A stretch of DNA of 64,000 nt from a virus: the IMG/VR virus record IMGVR_UViG_3300022745_000001, positions 1-64,000 of that record; one strand, written 5' to 3'. The first letter of the stretch is position 1, and the number at the start of each line of letters is the position of its first letter. The notes beneath the pieces are model-generated. The model was not told where the DNA came from. It did not search any database and was given only the letters and a program-made list of their open reading frames with translations. The position numbers and the translations under genes are program-made. Below, one piece after another: positions 48,867 through 56,912 of the stretch.

Positions 48867-50881
48867 GCCAACCCTACAAGACCATACTTTGCATAGACTA
48901 CGAGACGGCGTGGTCTTCCAAGGAAGACAGCCCGTTAGGTAAATATACTTTGGCGTCCATGACAACCGAGGAGTACATTCGTGACGAACGCTTCCACGCC
49001 CACGGTGCCTGCATCCACGAAGTCGGAGCAGATACGAAAATCCAATGGTATTCACACAGTGAGCTACCAAAGATTCTTGCCATGTACGACTGGACTAAGA
49101 CTGCGGTGGTGGGGCACAACGCCATGTTCGACGTGGGCATCCTGTCCCTGCGTTACGGCGTCAACCCATGCTTCATCTTCGACACGCTATCAATGGCCCG
49201 CGCTATGCGTGGAAGTGAAGCCGGTAACAGCTTAGCGAAACTGGCCGAAGCCTATGGCTACCCGCCCAAGGGTCGCGCTGTGTACAGCACCGATGGGCTG
49301 CGCGAGCTTGATGCGCAGACTGAAAAAGAACTGGCCGAATACTGCAAGCATGACGTGTACTTGTGCGAACAGATTTTCGGCAAGCTGCTGATGCGTGTGT
49401 TCCCCGACGGCAGCACCGCCGGGTCATACCCCACCAAGGAGCTGCGCCTGATCGACATGACCCTGCGTATGTTCACCGAGCCGGAGTTCGAGCTGGATCG
49501 GGAGCTGTTGGAGAAGGCGCTGGTGGAGGAGAACGACAAGCTGGCCGCTGCGCTGACGAAGGTGAGCGTGGAGCCTACCCAACTGGCAAGCAACGATATG
49601 TTTGCTGATGTACTGCGCAGCCTCGGCATCGAGCCGCCGCAGAAGGTGAGCAAGACAACCGGCAAGCTGACCTATGCGTTTGCCAAGACAGATGCGCTGT
49701 TCCAAGCACTGCTCAACGGCGACAACGAAGACGCCGCCCTGATGTGCGAAGCCCGCCTGAAGGTGAAGTCCACACTGGAGCGCACACGCGCACAGCGGTT
49801 CATCGACATCTCCAAGCGCGGTTGCCTGCCGGTGCCACTGCACTACTACGGCGCGGGTACTGGACGGTACGCTGCCACCGGCAACATCAACATGCAGAAC
49901 ATGAAGCGCGGCTCGTTCCTGCGCAAGTCGATCATGGCACCGGATGGTTATGTGATCTGCGCTGGTGACTTGTCACAGATTGAGCCGCGTGTGCTGGCGT
50001 GGCTGTCGGACTACGATGAGATGCTTGACATCTTCCGTGCCGGTGGCGATCCCTATGCTACGTTTGGCGCAACGATGTTCAGCATCCCCGGCTTGACCAA
50101 AGAGAGCCACCCGCTGCTGCGTCAGAGCGCGAAGTCTGCGTTGTTGGGCGCTGGGTATCAGCTTGGCTGGGCCTCGTTCGCTGGGCAGCTCCTGACAGGC
50201 TTCCTCGGTGCGCCGCCGCAACGCTATACCAAGGCCGATGCCAAGCAGTTGGGTGTGACCGGCAATCAGGTCAGCGCCTTCATCAGCAACGGCGAGAACC
50301 TGAAGAAGATGGAGAAGATCGCCCACACCTGCACCGATGAGGAGCTGCTGATCCACTGCCTTGCAGCCAAGGCGATCATCGACAAGTACCGCGCAGCGGC
50401 ACACCCGGTAGCAGGCTATTGGGAGTTGCTGGGCAACCTCATCGTGCACAGCTTGATCGAAGGCAACGAGTACAACCACAAGGGAGTGCTCACGTTTCGC
50501 AAGGGCGAGATCGAGATGGTCAACGGTATGCGGATGTATTACCGCGACATCAAGGAAGAGAAGGATGAGAAGGGCCGTGCGCAGTATTCATTCAGCACCG
50601 GCAAGCTGCGCAAGAAGCTGTACGCTGGCTTGCTGGCAAACAACACCACGCAAGGACTGGCCCGCATCGTGATGACGGACGGCCTGTTGCGCGTGCAGAA
50701 GCGCTTCCCTGTGAAGGGGACAGTGCATGACGAAGGACTCGTGCTGGTGCCAGAGGCTGGCGCAGCGGAGGGGAGCGCTTGGATCAAGGAGCAAATGATT
50801 CAGGTGCCCAAGTGGATGCCCGGCATCCCGCTCAATGCGGACGTTGGGTACAACAAACGGTATGGACTTGCGAAGTCGTAG
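48863..50881 (+). CDS. family A DNA polymerase with a 3'-5' exonuclease domain
   Basis: 672 aa. Exo motifs CIDYETAW, HNAMFDVGIL and YCKHDVYL. Pol motifs DLSQIEPRVLA (A), RQSAKSALLGAGYQ (B) and VHDEGLV (C). Confidence 0.9.
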   Translation: MSQPYKTILCIDYETAWSSKEDSPLGKYTLASMTTEEYIRDERFHAHGACIHEVGADTKIQWYSHSELPKILAMYDWTKTAVVGHNAMFDVGILSLRYGVNPCFIFDTLSMARAMRGSEAGNSLAKLAEAYGYPPKGRAVYSTDGLRELDAQTEKELAEYCKHDVYLCEQIFGKLLMRVFPDGSTAGSYPTKELRLIDMTLRMFTEPEFELDRELLEKALVEENDKLAAALTKVSVEPTQLASNDMFADVLRSLGIEPPQKVSKTTGKLTYAFAKTDALFQALLNGDNEDAALMCEARLKVKSTLERTRAQRFIDISKRGCLPVPLHYYGAGTGRYAATGNINMQNMKRGSFLRKSIMAPDGYVICAGDLSQIEPRVLAWLSDYDEMLDIFRAGGDPYATFGATMFSIPGLTKESHPLLRQSAKSALLGAGYQLGWASFAGQLLTGFLGAPPQRYTKADAKQLGVTGNQVSAFISNGENLKKMEKIAHTCTDEELLIHCLAAKAIIDKYRAAAHPVAGYWELLGNLIVHSLIEGNEYNHKGVLTFRKGEIEMVNGMRMYYRDIKEEKDEKGRAQYSFSTGKLRKKLYAGLLANNTTQGLARIVMTDGLLRVQKRFPVKGTVHDEGLVLVPEAGAAEGSAWIKEQMIQVPKWMPGIPLNADVGYNKRYGLAKS

Positions 50882-50892
50882 AAAGGGGTGAC

Positions 50893-51198
50893 ATGAAGAT
50901 ACCAAGTGAAATCAAGATCGGTTCGACGCTGTACACTGTGCAGCTCAAACCAGACTTAGGCAAAAAGCGCTACGGCGTGACCTACCTCGACAGTGGCGTG
51001 ATGAAAATCTCTACCACATGGAAGGGTAAGCCGCGCAGCGAGACAGGTGTGCTGGGTACCAATGAGACGTTCTGGCATGAGGTAACTCACTGTATCCTGT
51101 ACGACATGGGGCACAAGCTCTGGGACGACGAGGCGTTTGTCACAGCGTTCAGCCGCCGACTGACGCACATGATCGACACCGCAAAATTTAAGGAGTGA
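50893..51198 (+). CDS. small protein with an HExxH motif (minimal zincin-like)
   Basis: Start at MKIPSEIK behind GGGGTGAC. Contains FWHEVTHCILYDMGH. Confidence 0.45.
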   Translation: MKIPSEIKIGSTLYTVQLKPDLGKKRYGVTYLDSGVMKISTTWKGKPRSETGVLGTNETFWHEVTHCILYDMGHKLWDDEAFVTAFSRRLTHMIDTAKFKE

Positions 51199-51199
51199 C

Positions 51200-51865
51200 A
51201 TGGCACAACACAGCTACTCTGGCATCAAGGCATACGAGACATGCCCGCGCCAGTATTACGAAACCAAAATCCTCAAGCTCTACCCGCGTGAGGAGACGGA
51301 CGCCACCCTCTACGGCACACGCCTGCACGCGGCTGCGGAGAACTTCATCCTGAACGGTACGCCGTTGACGGACGAGTTCAAGTTCCTGCAGCCAACGCTG
51401 GACATGCTGGCGGCGATGCCGGGCAAGAAGTACCCCGAGCTGGAGATGGCTGTGCGCGAAGACCGCACGGTGTGCGACTTCAAAGACCCCGACTACTGGG
51501 TGCGCGGCATTGCCGACTTGGTGATCGTGGACGAGGAGAACTACACCGCTCGCGTGTTCGATTACAAGTCCGGCTCCGACAAGTACCCTGATACCGACCA
51601 GCTCATGCTGATGTCGCTGCTCATCTTCGAGCACTTCCCCAATGTGAAGCAGGTATCGGGCGGTTTGCTGTTCGTGCTGCGCGACACCGTACGCAAGTAC
51701 CGCGTGAACAAGGACATGCAGGCCACTTTGTGGTGGAAATGGCGCGAGAGAGTTGCTAAACTGGATGCCTCGCTCCACCATAATGTGTGGAACGCAAAGT
51801 CCTCGGGCCTGTGCCGCAAGCACTGCCCGTGCATCGCCTGTGAATACAACGGCCGGAGGGTCTAA
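51200..51865 (+). CDS. PD-(D/E)XK nuclease, Cas4/RecB-like with a Cys cluster
   Basis: 221 aa. N-terminal ETCPRQYY, core GIADLVIVDE...FDYKSG, C-terminal CRKHCPCIAC. Confidence 0.75.
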   Translation: MAQHSYSGIKAYETCPRQYYETKILKLYPREETDATLYGTRLHAAAENFILNGTPLTDEFKFLQPTLDMLAAMPGKKYPELEMAVREDRTVCDFKDPDYWVRGIADLVIVDEENYTARVFDYKSGSDKYPDTDQLMLMSLLIFEHFPNVKQVSGGLLFVLRDTVRKYRVNKDMQATLWWKWRERVAKLDASLHHNVWNAKSSGLCRKHCPCIACEYNGRRV

Positions 51866-52137
51866 TGCCTAAGTCATCGCCAGCAAAACTTGCCTACATG
51901 GCTAAGTACCAGAAAAGCCCCGAGCGCATCGAAGCGCGGGAGGAAGCAAACAAGGCTCGCTATCAGGCCATGAAGGCGGGCAAGGTGCGCAAGGGCGATG
52001 GCAAGGATGTCGCCCACATCAAGGCGCTGGACAGCGGCGGCAAGACAGTGCCGGGTAATACAAAAATCGAAAGCGAAAAGTCCAATCGGGACTGGCGTAA
52101 GGGCCGGAGTTCGTATAAAGTACCGGTTGACAAGTAA
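51865..52137 (+). CDS. small basic protein with an HNH-like motif (tentative)
   Basis: 90 aa. DVAHIKALDSGGKTVPGNTKIESEKSNR. Confidence 0.35.
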   Translation: MPKSSPAKLAYMAKYQKSPERIEAREEANKARYQAMKAGKVRKGDGKDVAHIKALDSGGKTVPGNTKIESEKSNRDWRKGRSSYKVPVDK

Positions 52138-52203
52138 GCCGTAGTCGCGGCAAGCGGCCTCCATCTGCATAGCGTTGGAGGTACATCACTGTTAAGGAAG
52201 ATC

Positions 52204-53766
52204 ATGGAAGTTGTGGATAACACCGCACTGCGTTTTCGCGTGCGCGATCCCGGCAAGTTCAAGATTATTCCCAAGCACCACGTTACCCCAGTCCAAGGTG
52301 GATATGAGGTCATGGTGTATTGGGGTCTTGACGAAGCACGGGTCTTGAAGAACTTGGGTTTCAAAGATATACCCTCGCCCATTGAGCGCAAATACAACTG
52401 GCCGGGCCGGTACAAGCCTATGGCACACCAGAAGGTAACCGCTGGGTTCCTCACCATGCACCGCCGTGCATTCGTGTTCAACGACCCCGGCACCGCAAAG
52501 ACGATCAGCTCTTTGTGGGCGGCAGACTACCTGATGAACCGTGGCGAAATCCGGCGCGTGCTCATCATCTGCCCGCTGTCCATCATGCACTCGGCATGGA
52601 TGGGCGACATCAACAACAGCATCATCCATCGCAGCGCCATCGTGGCCCACCATGCGCAGGCATCGCGCCGTGCAGAGATGGTGCGGGGCAACTACGAGTT
52701 CGTGATCATCAACTACGATGGGCTGAACTTGGTGGCCGACGACATCATTGCTGATGGTCGCTTCGACCTCATCATCGTGGACGAGGCCAACGCCTACGCG
52801 CTGCCTACCACCAAGCGTTGGAAGACGTTGGCGAAGATTCTTCGCCCCGATACGTTCCTGTGGATGATGACAGGCACACCGGCTGCACAGTCGCCGGTAA
52901 ATGCGTATGGGCTGGCGAAGCTGGTGAACCCCAGCGCCGTGCCGAACTACCTCACAGCGTGGCGCGACAAGGTGATGAACAAGATCACGATGTTCAAGTG
53001 GGCACCCAAGCCCAACGCCAAAGACTTGGTGTTCAACGCACTGCAACCGGCGATACGTTTCTCCAAGAAGGACTGCCTCGATCTGCCGCCCGTGTTGAAG
53101 ACCACACGCGAAGTGCCGCTCACACCGATGCAGCAGAAGTATTACGACAAGATCAAGAACGAGATGCTGGTGGTGGCCGCAGGCCAAGTGATCAGCGCCG
53201 TGAACAAGGCGGCTGTCGTGAACAAGTTGCTGCAGATCAGTTGCGGTGGCGTGTACTCGGAAGATGGCGAAGTGGTGGTGTTCGACGCCAGCCCGCGCAT
53301 GAAGCTGCTGTCGGAAATCTTGGAGGAGACAAACCGCAAGGTCATCATCTTCGCCACGTACCGCTCCAGCATCAGCGCCATCGAAGAGTACCTGACCAAG
53401 GCCGGGCATAACGTGGGCGTGATCCACGGTGGCGTGACGGCCAGCAAGCGCGGCGAGCTGATCAATGCGTTTCAGAACACCGACAGCCCCAACGTCATGG
53501 TCATGCAGGCGCAGGCAACGGCGCACGGTATCACGCTGACCGCCGCCGACACGGTGGTGTTCTTCGGCCCACTCATGTCAGTGGAGTTGTACACGCAAGC
53601 TATCGCCCGTGCCGACCGCAAGGGGCAGACCTCCGACAAGGTGACTGTGATCCACATCGAGAGCAGCCCCATCGAGAAGAAGATGTTCAAAGCTATGGAC
53701 GCCCGCGTCAACGACCATACGCTTCTCACCGAGATGTTTGACGAAGAACTGGGGATCAACAAATGA
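52204..53766 (+). CDS. SNF2-family helicase
   Basis: 520 aa. LIICPLS, IIVDEANAY, MMTGTP, QAQATAHGITLT and QAIARADRKGQ. Confidence 0.85.
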   Translation: MEVVDNTALRFRVRDPGKFKIIPKHHVTPVQGGYEVMVYWGLDEARVLKNLGFKDIPSPIERKYNWPGRYKPMAHQKVTAGFLTMHRRAFVFNDPGTAKTISSLWAADYLMNRGEIRRVLIICPLSIMHSAWMGDINNSIIHRSAIVAHHAQASRRAEMVRGNYEFVIINYDGLNLVADDIIADGRFDLIIVDEANAYALPTTKRWKTLAKILRPDTFLWMMTGTPAAQSPVNAYGLAKLVNPSAVPNYLTAWRDKVMNKITMFKWAPKPNAKDLVFNALQPAIRFSKKDCLDLPPVLKTTREVPLTPMQQKYYDKIKNEMLVVAAGQVISAVNKAAVVNKLLQISCGGVYSEDGEVVVFDASPRMKLLSEILEETNRKVIIFATYRSSISAIEEYLTKAGHNVGVIHGGVTASKRGELINAFQNTDSPNVMVMQAQATAHGITLTAADTVVFFGPLMSVELYTQAIARADRKGQTSDKVTVIHIESSPIEKKMFKAMDARVNDHTLLTEMFDEELGINK

Positions 53767-53775
53767 AAAAATAAT

Positions 53776-53805
53776 TTGTAAAGAACTGGACAAAGTGTGT
53801 ATAAT
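53776..53805 (+). promoter_or_regulatory. sigma70-like promoter (TTGTAA-N18-TATAAT) with the conserved box TATAATCACACCACAACA
   Basis: Lies in the 67-bp gap after the helicase gene. Matches the element at 36312-36355. Confidence 0.5.
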
Positions 53806-53833
53806 CACACCACAACAAAAATTGGAGTGACAT

Positions 53834-54301
53834 ATGACAGATGAAGATGAACTGACAACCGACCAGCAGATCGCGGTCTACAAAGATGTCGCTGACATCG
53901 CGGAGACTGGCGTGACGATGGATCGTCTGACGAAGGTATACGTCAAAATCCGTGACAAGCGTGCCGAACTGACGCGCCTGTTCGAGACAGAAGATGCACG
54001 CCTCAAAGGTCAACAAGCCGAAGTCGCAGGCGCAATGAAGGACATCCTTCGTGCAGCCGGTGGCACCGGTATGAAGACCAACTTTGGTACGGTTACGTTG
54101 AAGACCACCATGCGCTTCTATGCGCAGGACTGGGATGCGATGTACCGTTTCATTCACGATAACGATGCAGGCTTCCTGCTGGAGAAGCGCATCGCGCAGC
54201 GCAATATGTCCGAGTTCTTGGAAAAGAACCCCGGACTCGTACCGCCCGGACTGAACACCATGTCCGAGCTTGAAGTTAGTGTGACCAAACCAAGGAAGTA
54301 A
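53834..54301 (+). CDS. hypothetical recombination/replication-module protein (Gp157-like, tentative)
   Basis: 155-aa helical ORF next to the SSB-like and nuclease genes. Confidence 0.3.
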   Translation: MTDEDELTTDQQIAVYKDVADIAETGVTMDRLTKVYVKIRDKRAELTRLFETEDARLKGQQAEVAGAMKDILRAAGGTGMKTNFGTVTLKTTMRFYAQDWDAMYRFIHDNDAGFLLEKRIAQRNMSEFLEKNPGLVPPGLNTMSELEVSVTKPRK

Positions 54302-54302
54302 G

Positions 54303-54659
54303 ATGAACCGTGAAGACATCGCACGCGTCTGCCACGAAGTGAATCGCGCCTACTGTGCAGCGTTGGGGGACAACTCCCAACCTGCATGGGAAGATGCGCC
54401 ACAGTGGCAAAAAGATAGCGCCCTAGTTGGCGTACACCTGCACTGCGACAGTAATGTCGGCCCGGAAGCCAGCCATTTTTCGTGGACTGTGCAGAAGGTA
54501 AACGATGGCTGGAAGTATGGCCCCGTAAAAGATGCCGACAAGAAAGAGCACCCCTGCATGGTGCCGTTCGAGCAATTGCCAAAAGAGCAGCAAGCGAAAG
54601 ATTTTATTTTCCGCGCTGTGGTTCACGCCCTGCGCCCAACAAGCCCCGCAACCAACTGA
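54303..54659 (+). CDS. RyR-domain-like protein
   Basis: 118 aa. ...KVNDGWKYGPVKDADKKEHPCMVPFEQLPKEQQAKD. Confidence 0.5.
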   Translation: MNREDIARVCHEVNRAYCAALGDNSQPAWEDAPQWQKDSALVGVHLHCDSNVGPEASHFSWTVQKVNDGWKYGPVKDADKKEHPCMVPFEQLPKEQQAKDFIFRAVVHALRPTSPATN

Positions 54660-54666
54660 GGAAACC

Positions 54667-55668
54667 ATGAGCAACGTAGCTATTTTCAACCCCGCACAAC
54701 TCCCTGCCTTTGCACGTAAGGGCGTTATCTCTGACGCAGCCAAAGCCCTCGCTGGTGGCGGCGGTCAATCCGGCAAGCGCATCTCCATCAAGGGCGGCGT
54801 GTTCCGTCTGATTGCCAACGGCAAGGAGGTCGCATCCATCGAAGACCGCTACTTGGATGTGGTCATCGTCAATACCGCGCCCAAGGTGTCGCGCACTTAT
54901 TACGTCGGTACCTATGTGGAAGGTCAGGCAACCGCACCCACCTGCTGGTCTGCTGACGGCGACAAGCCCGATGCCAGCATCAAGTCGCCGCAGTGCGCCA
55001 ACTGCGCTCAGTGCCCGCAGAACGTGAAGGGTTCCGGTCAAGGCGACTCGCGTGCCTGCCGCTTCAGCCAGCGCTTGGCTGTCGTGTTGGCAAACGATAT
55101 GGAAGGCGATGTGATGCAGCTCACGCTGGCTGCGACTTCGATCTTCGGCAAGGCTGACGGCGAGAACCGTCCGCTGCAGGACTATGCCCGCAACCTGATC
55201 GCCCAAGGCGTTGACCCCACCATGCTGATCACCCGCATGAAGTTCGACACCAAGGCTCCGGTGCCCAAGCTGTTCTTCAAGCCCATGCGCTGGCTGACCG
55301 ACGACGAGTTCGCCACCACCAGCGAGAAGGGCGCTTCGCCTGAAGCTATCAGTGCGATCACCATGACGGTATCGCAGCAGGACGGCGTGCAGCCTGCGGC
55401 TCCCGCTGGCTTCGGTATGGAGGGCGCACCGCCCAAGGCTAAGACCAAGGCCGCTCCTGCGCCCGAGCCGGAAGAGGAAGACGAAGCTCCGGCACCTGCA
55501 CCGGCACCTGCCAAGAAGGCAACCAAGGCCAAGCCCGCTCCGCTGCCCGCAGAGGATGACGAAGGCGAGACGCCCGAGCCGGTAGTCAAGGCTGCACCTG
55601 TGAAGGCCGCTGCCGCAGCGCCCGCCAACGGCGTTGCCAAGACCTTGGCCGAGTGGGACGACGAGTAA
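54667..55668 (+). CDS. ssDNA-binding protein candidate with a Cys cluster and an acidic tail
   Basis: Start at MSNVAIFNP, inside track ORF 54532..55668. Contains CWSADG...CANCAQC...C. C-terminal PAPAPA/EEEDE linker ends in EWDDE. Confidence 0.45.
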   Translation: MSNVAIFNPAQLPAFARKGVISDAAKALAGGGGQSGKRISIKGGVFRLIANGKEVASIEDRYLDVVIVNTAPKVSRTYYVGTYVEGQATAPTCWSADGDKPDASIKSPQCANCAQCPQNVKGSGQGDSRACRFSQRLAVVLANDMEGDVMQLTLAATSIFGKADGENRPLQDYARNLIAQGVDPTMLITRMKFDTKAPVPKLFFKPMRWLTDDEFATTSEKGASPEAISAITMTVSQQDGVQPAAPAGFGMEGAPPKAKTKAAPAPEPEEEDEAPAPAPAPAKKATKAKPAPLPAEDDEGETPEPVVKAAPVKAAAAAPANGVAKTLAEWDDE

Positions 55669-55814
55669 TTTGAATCGGGGGAAAGTAGCGGAAGCTCAGA
55701 GGGCTGATCAACCGTTATGTAAGTTGGCTATAAAAGGTAATCGGCCGTAAAGCCTGTGATGCCAACCAAACAGTCCGCTATGAGTACCCCACCTTTTAAC
55801 CAATGGAGAATGAC

Positions 55815-56084
55815 ATGGACAATCAACATCAGAAAATCAAAGGCTACCGCGATCTCACTCAGATTGAGATCGACCTCATGAACGAGGGCAAGGCGCTTGC
55901 AGAGCAGTGCGGCGCGTACATCGCCAAGCTGCGCAAGATGCCTATGTCGCAAGTCGAAGGCCCGTGCGTACTGAATGACGGCACACCCACGCTGGATCAG
56001 CGCTGGGTCAGTATCGGCGCAACAGAACTGCAGCAAGGCTTCATGGCCGTCATTCGCGGCATCGCACAACCAACAACTTTTTAA
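55815..56084 (+). CDS. hypothetical protein
   Basis: Second ATG (MDNQHQK) behind GGAGAATGAC, inside track ORF 55803..56084. Confidence 0.55.
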   Translation: MDNQHQKIKGYRDLTQIEIDLMNEGKALAEQCGAYIAKLRKMPMSQVEGPCVLNDGTPTLDQRWVSIGATELQQGFMAVIRGIAQPTTF

Positions 56085-56093
56085 GGGACTGAC

Positions 56094-56504
56094 ATGAAAT
56101 ACACAATCGCAATCATCGCCGCCGCCGCCGCACTGAGCGCCTGCAAGAAGGAAGAAGTTTCTTTTGACACGCTGGAGACGGCACGCACCCAAGGCAAGGC
56201 CAACGCTGAGTGGAACGCCCAAGGATATCGTGCAGCAAACCCGCAGTACGCCAACACTGCCATCGTCGCGCAGACTGACTCCAGCATGACACCAGACTGC
56301 CCGCAGGGCGACGGTTGGGCCAGCGTGAAGCTGGTCAGCAAGGACAACCCGGCCAACAAGCTCGGGCTGAAGTGCAGCACGGTGTCCGGTGCAGTGGGCT
56401 GTCTGACGGATCAGGAGTTCGCAACCAAGTCCTACGCCGGGGATGACGGGCGCTGCCAAGAAACCAGCAAAGTGCCGTTCCCTATCCCCAAGATTGCAAA
56501 ATGA
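56094..56504 (+). CDS. phage lipoprotein (superinfection-exclusion candidate)
   Basis: 136 aa. Signal plus lipobox MKYTIAIIAAAAALSAC. Confidence 0.6.
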   Translation: MKYTIAIIAAAAALSACKKEEVSFDTLETARTQGKANAEWNAQGYRAANPQYANTAIVAQTDSSMTPDCPQGDGWASVKLVSKDNPANKLGLKCSTVSGAVGCLTDQEFATKSYAGDDGRCQETSKVPFPIPKIAK

Positions 56505-56611
56505 TTATCATTGACATCCTTCTCCTGTTGGGTGTCTTTGTGGTAGCCATTGGGTGTCTATCCATTGGCTACTTCATCGGTAAATCTGTAGGTCGCAGCG
56601 GACACAAATGA
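56501..56611 (+). CDS. possible 36-aa membrane peptide
   Basis: MIIIDILLLLGVFVVAIGCLSIGYFIGKSVGRSGHK, with an ATGA overlap. Confidence 0.4.
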   Translation: MIIIDILLLLGVFVVAIGCLSIGYFIGKSVGRSGHK

Positions 56612-56612
56612 C

Positions 56613-56900
56613 ATGGGTTACCACTTCAAAACGAAGCGGTTGGCTAAGCAGGCTTCCCAAGGACAGGGGACACGCTTAGCCAAACTCGCTGTATCAAAAG
56701 GGCTGTCTGTCCAACAGATCGCCACCATTACCGGCGCGTCACGCGCCACGGTTTACAACTGGTTTGCCGGGGCTGAAGTGTCGAAGGCGTACAAGGCTCA
56801 TGTGCAGGCACTTATCCACAAGTTGCGCACAGGAACAGAAGAAGAAATCGTGGAATTGCAGGGCGCGAAGGCGTATATTCCACCCTTGCTTTTGATCTAG
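56613..56900 (+). CDS. HTH DNA-binding protein
   Basis: 95 aa. LSVQQIATITGASRATVYNWFAG. Confidence 0.6.
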   Translation: MGYHFKTKRLAKQASQGQGTRLAKLAVSKGLSVQQIATITGASRATVYNWFAGAEVSKAYKAHVQALIHKLRTGTEEEIVELQGAKAYIPPLLLI

Positions 56901-56912
56901 TTAGGGGATGAC

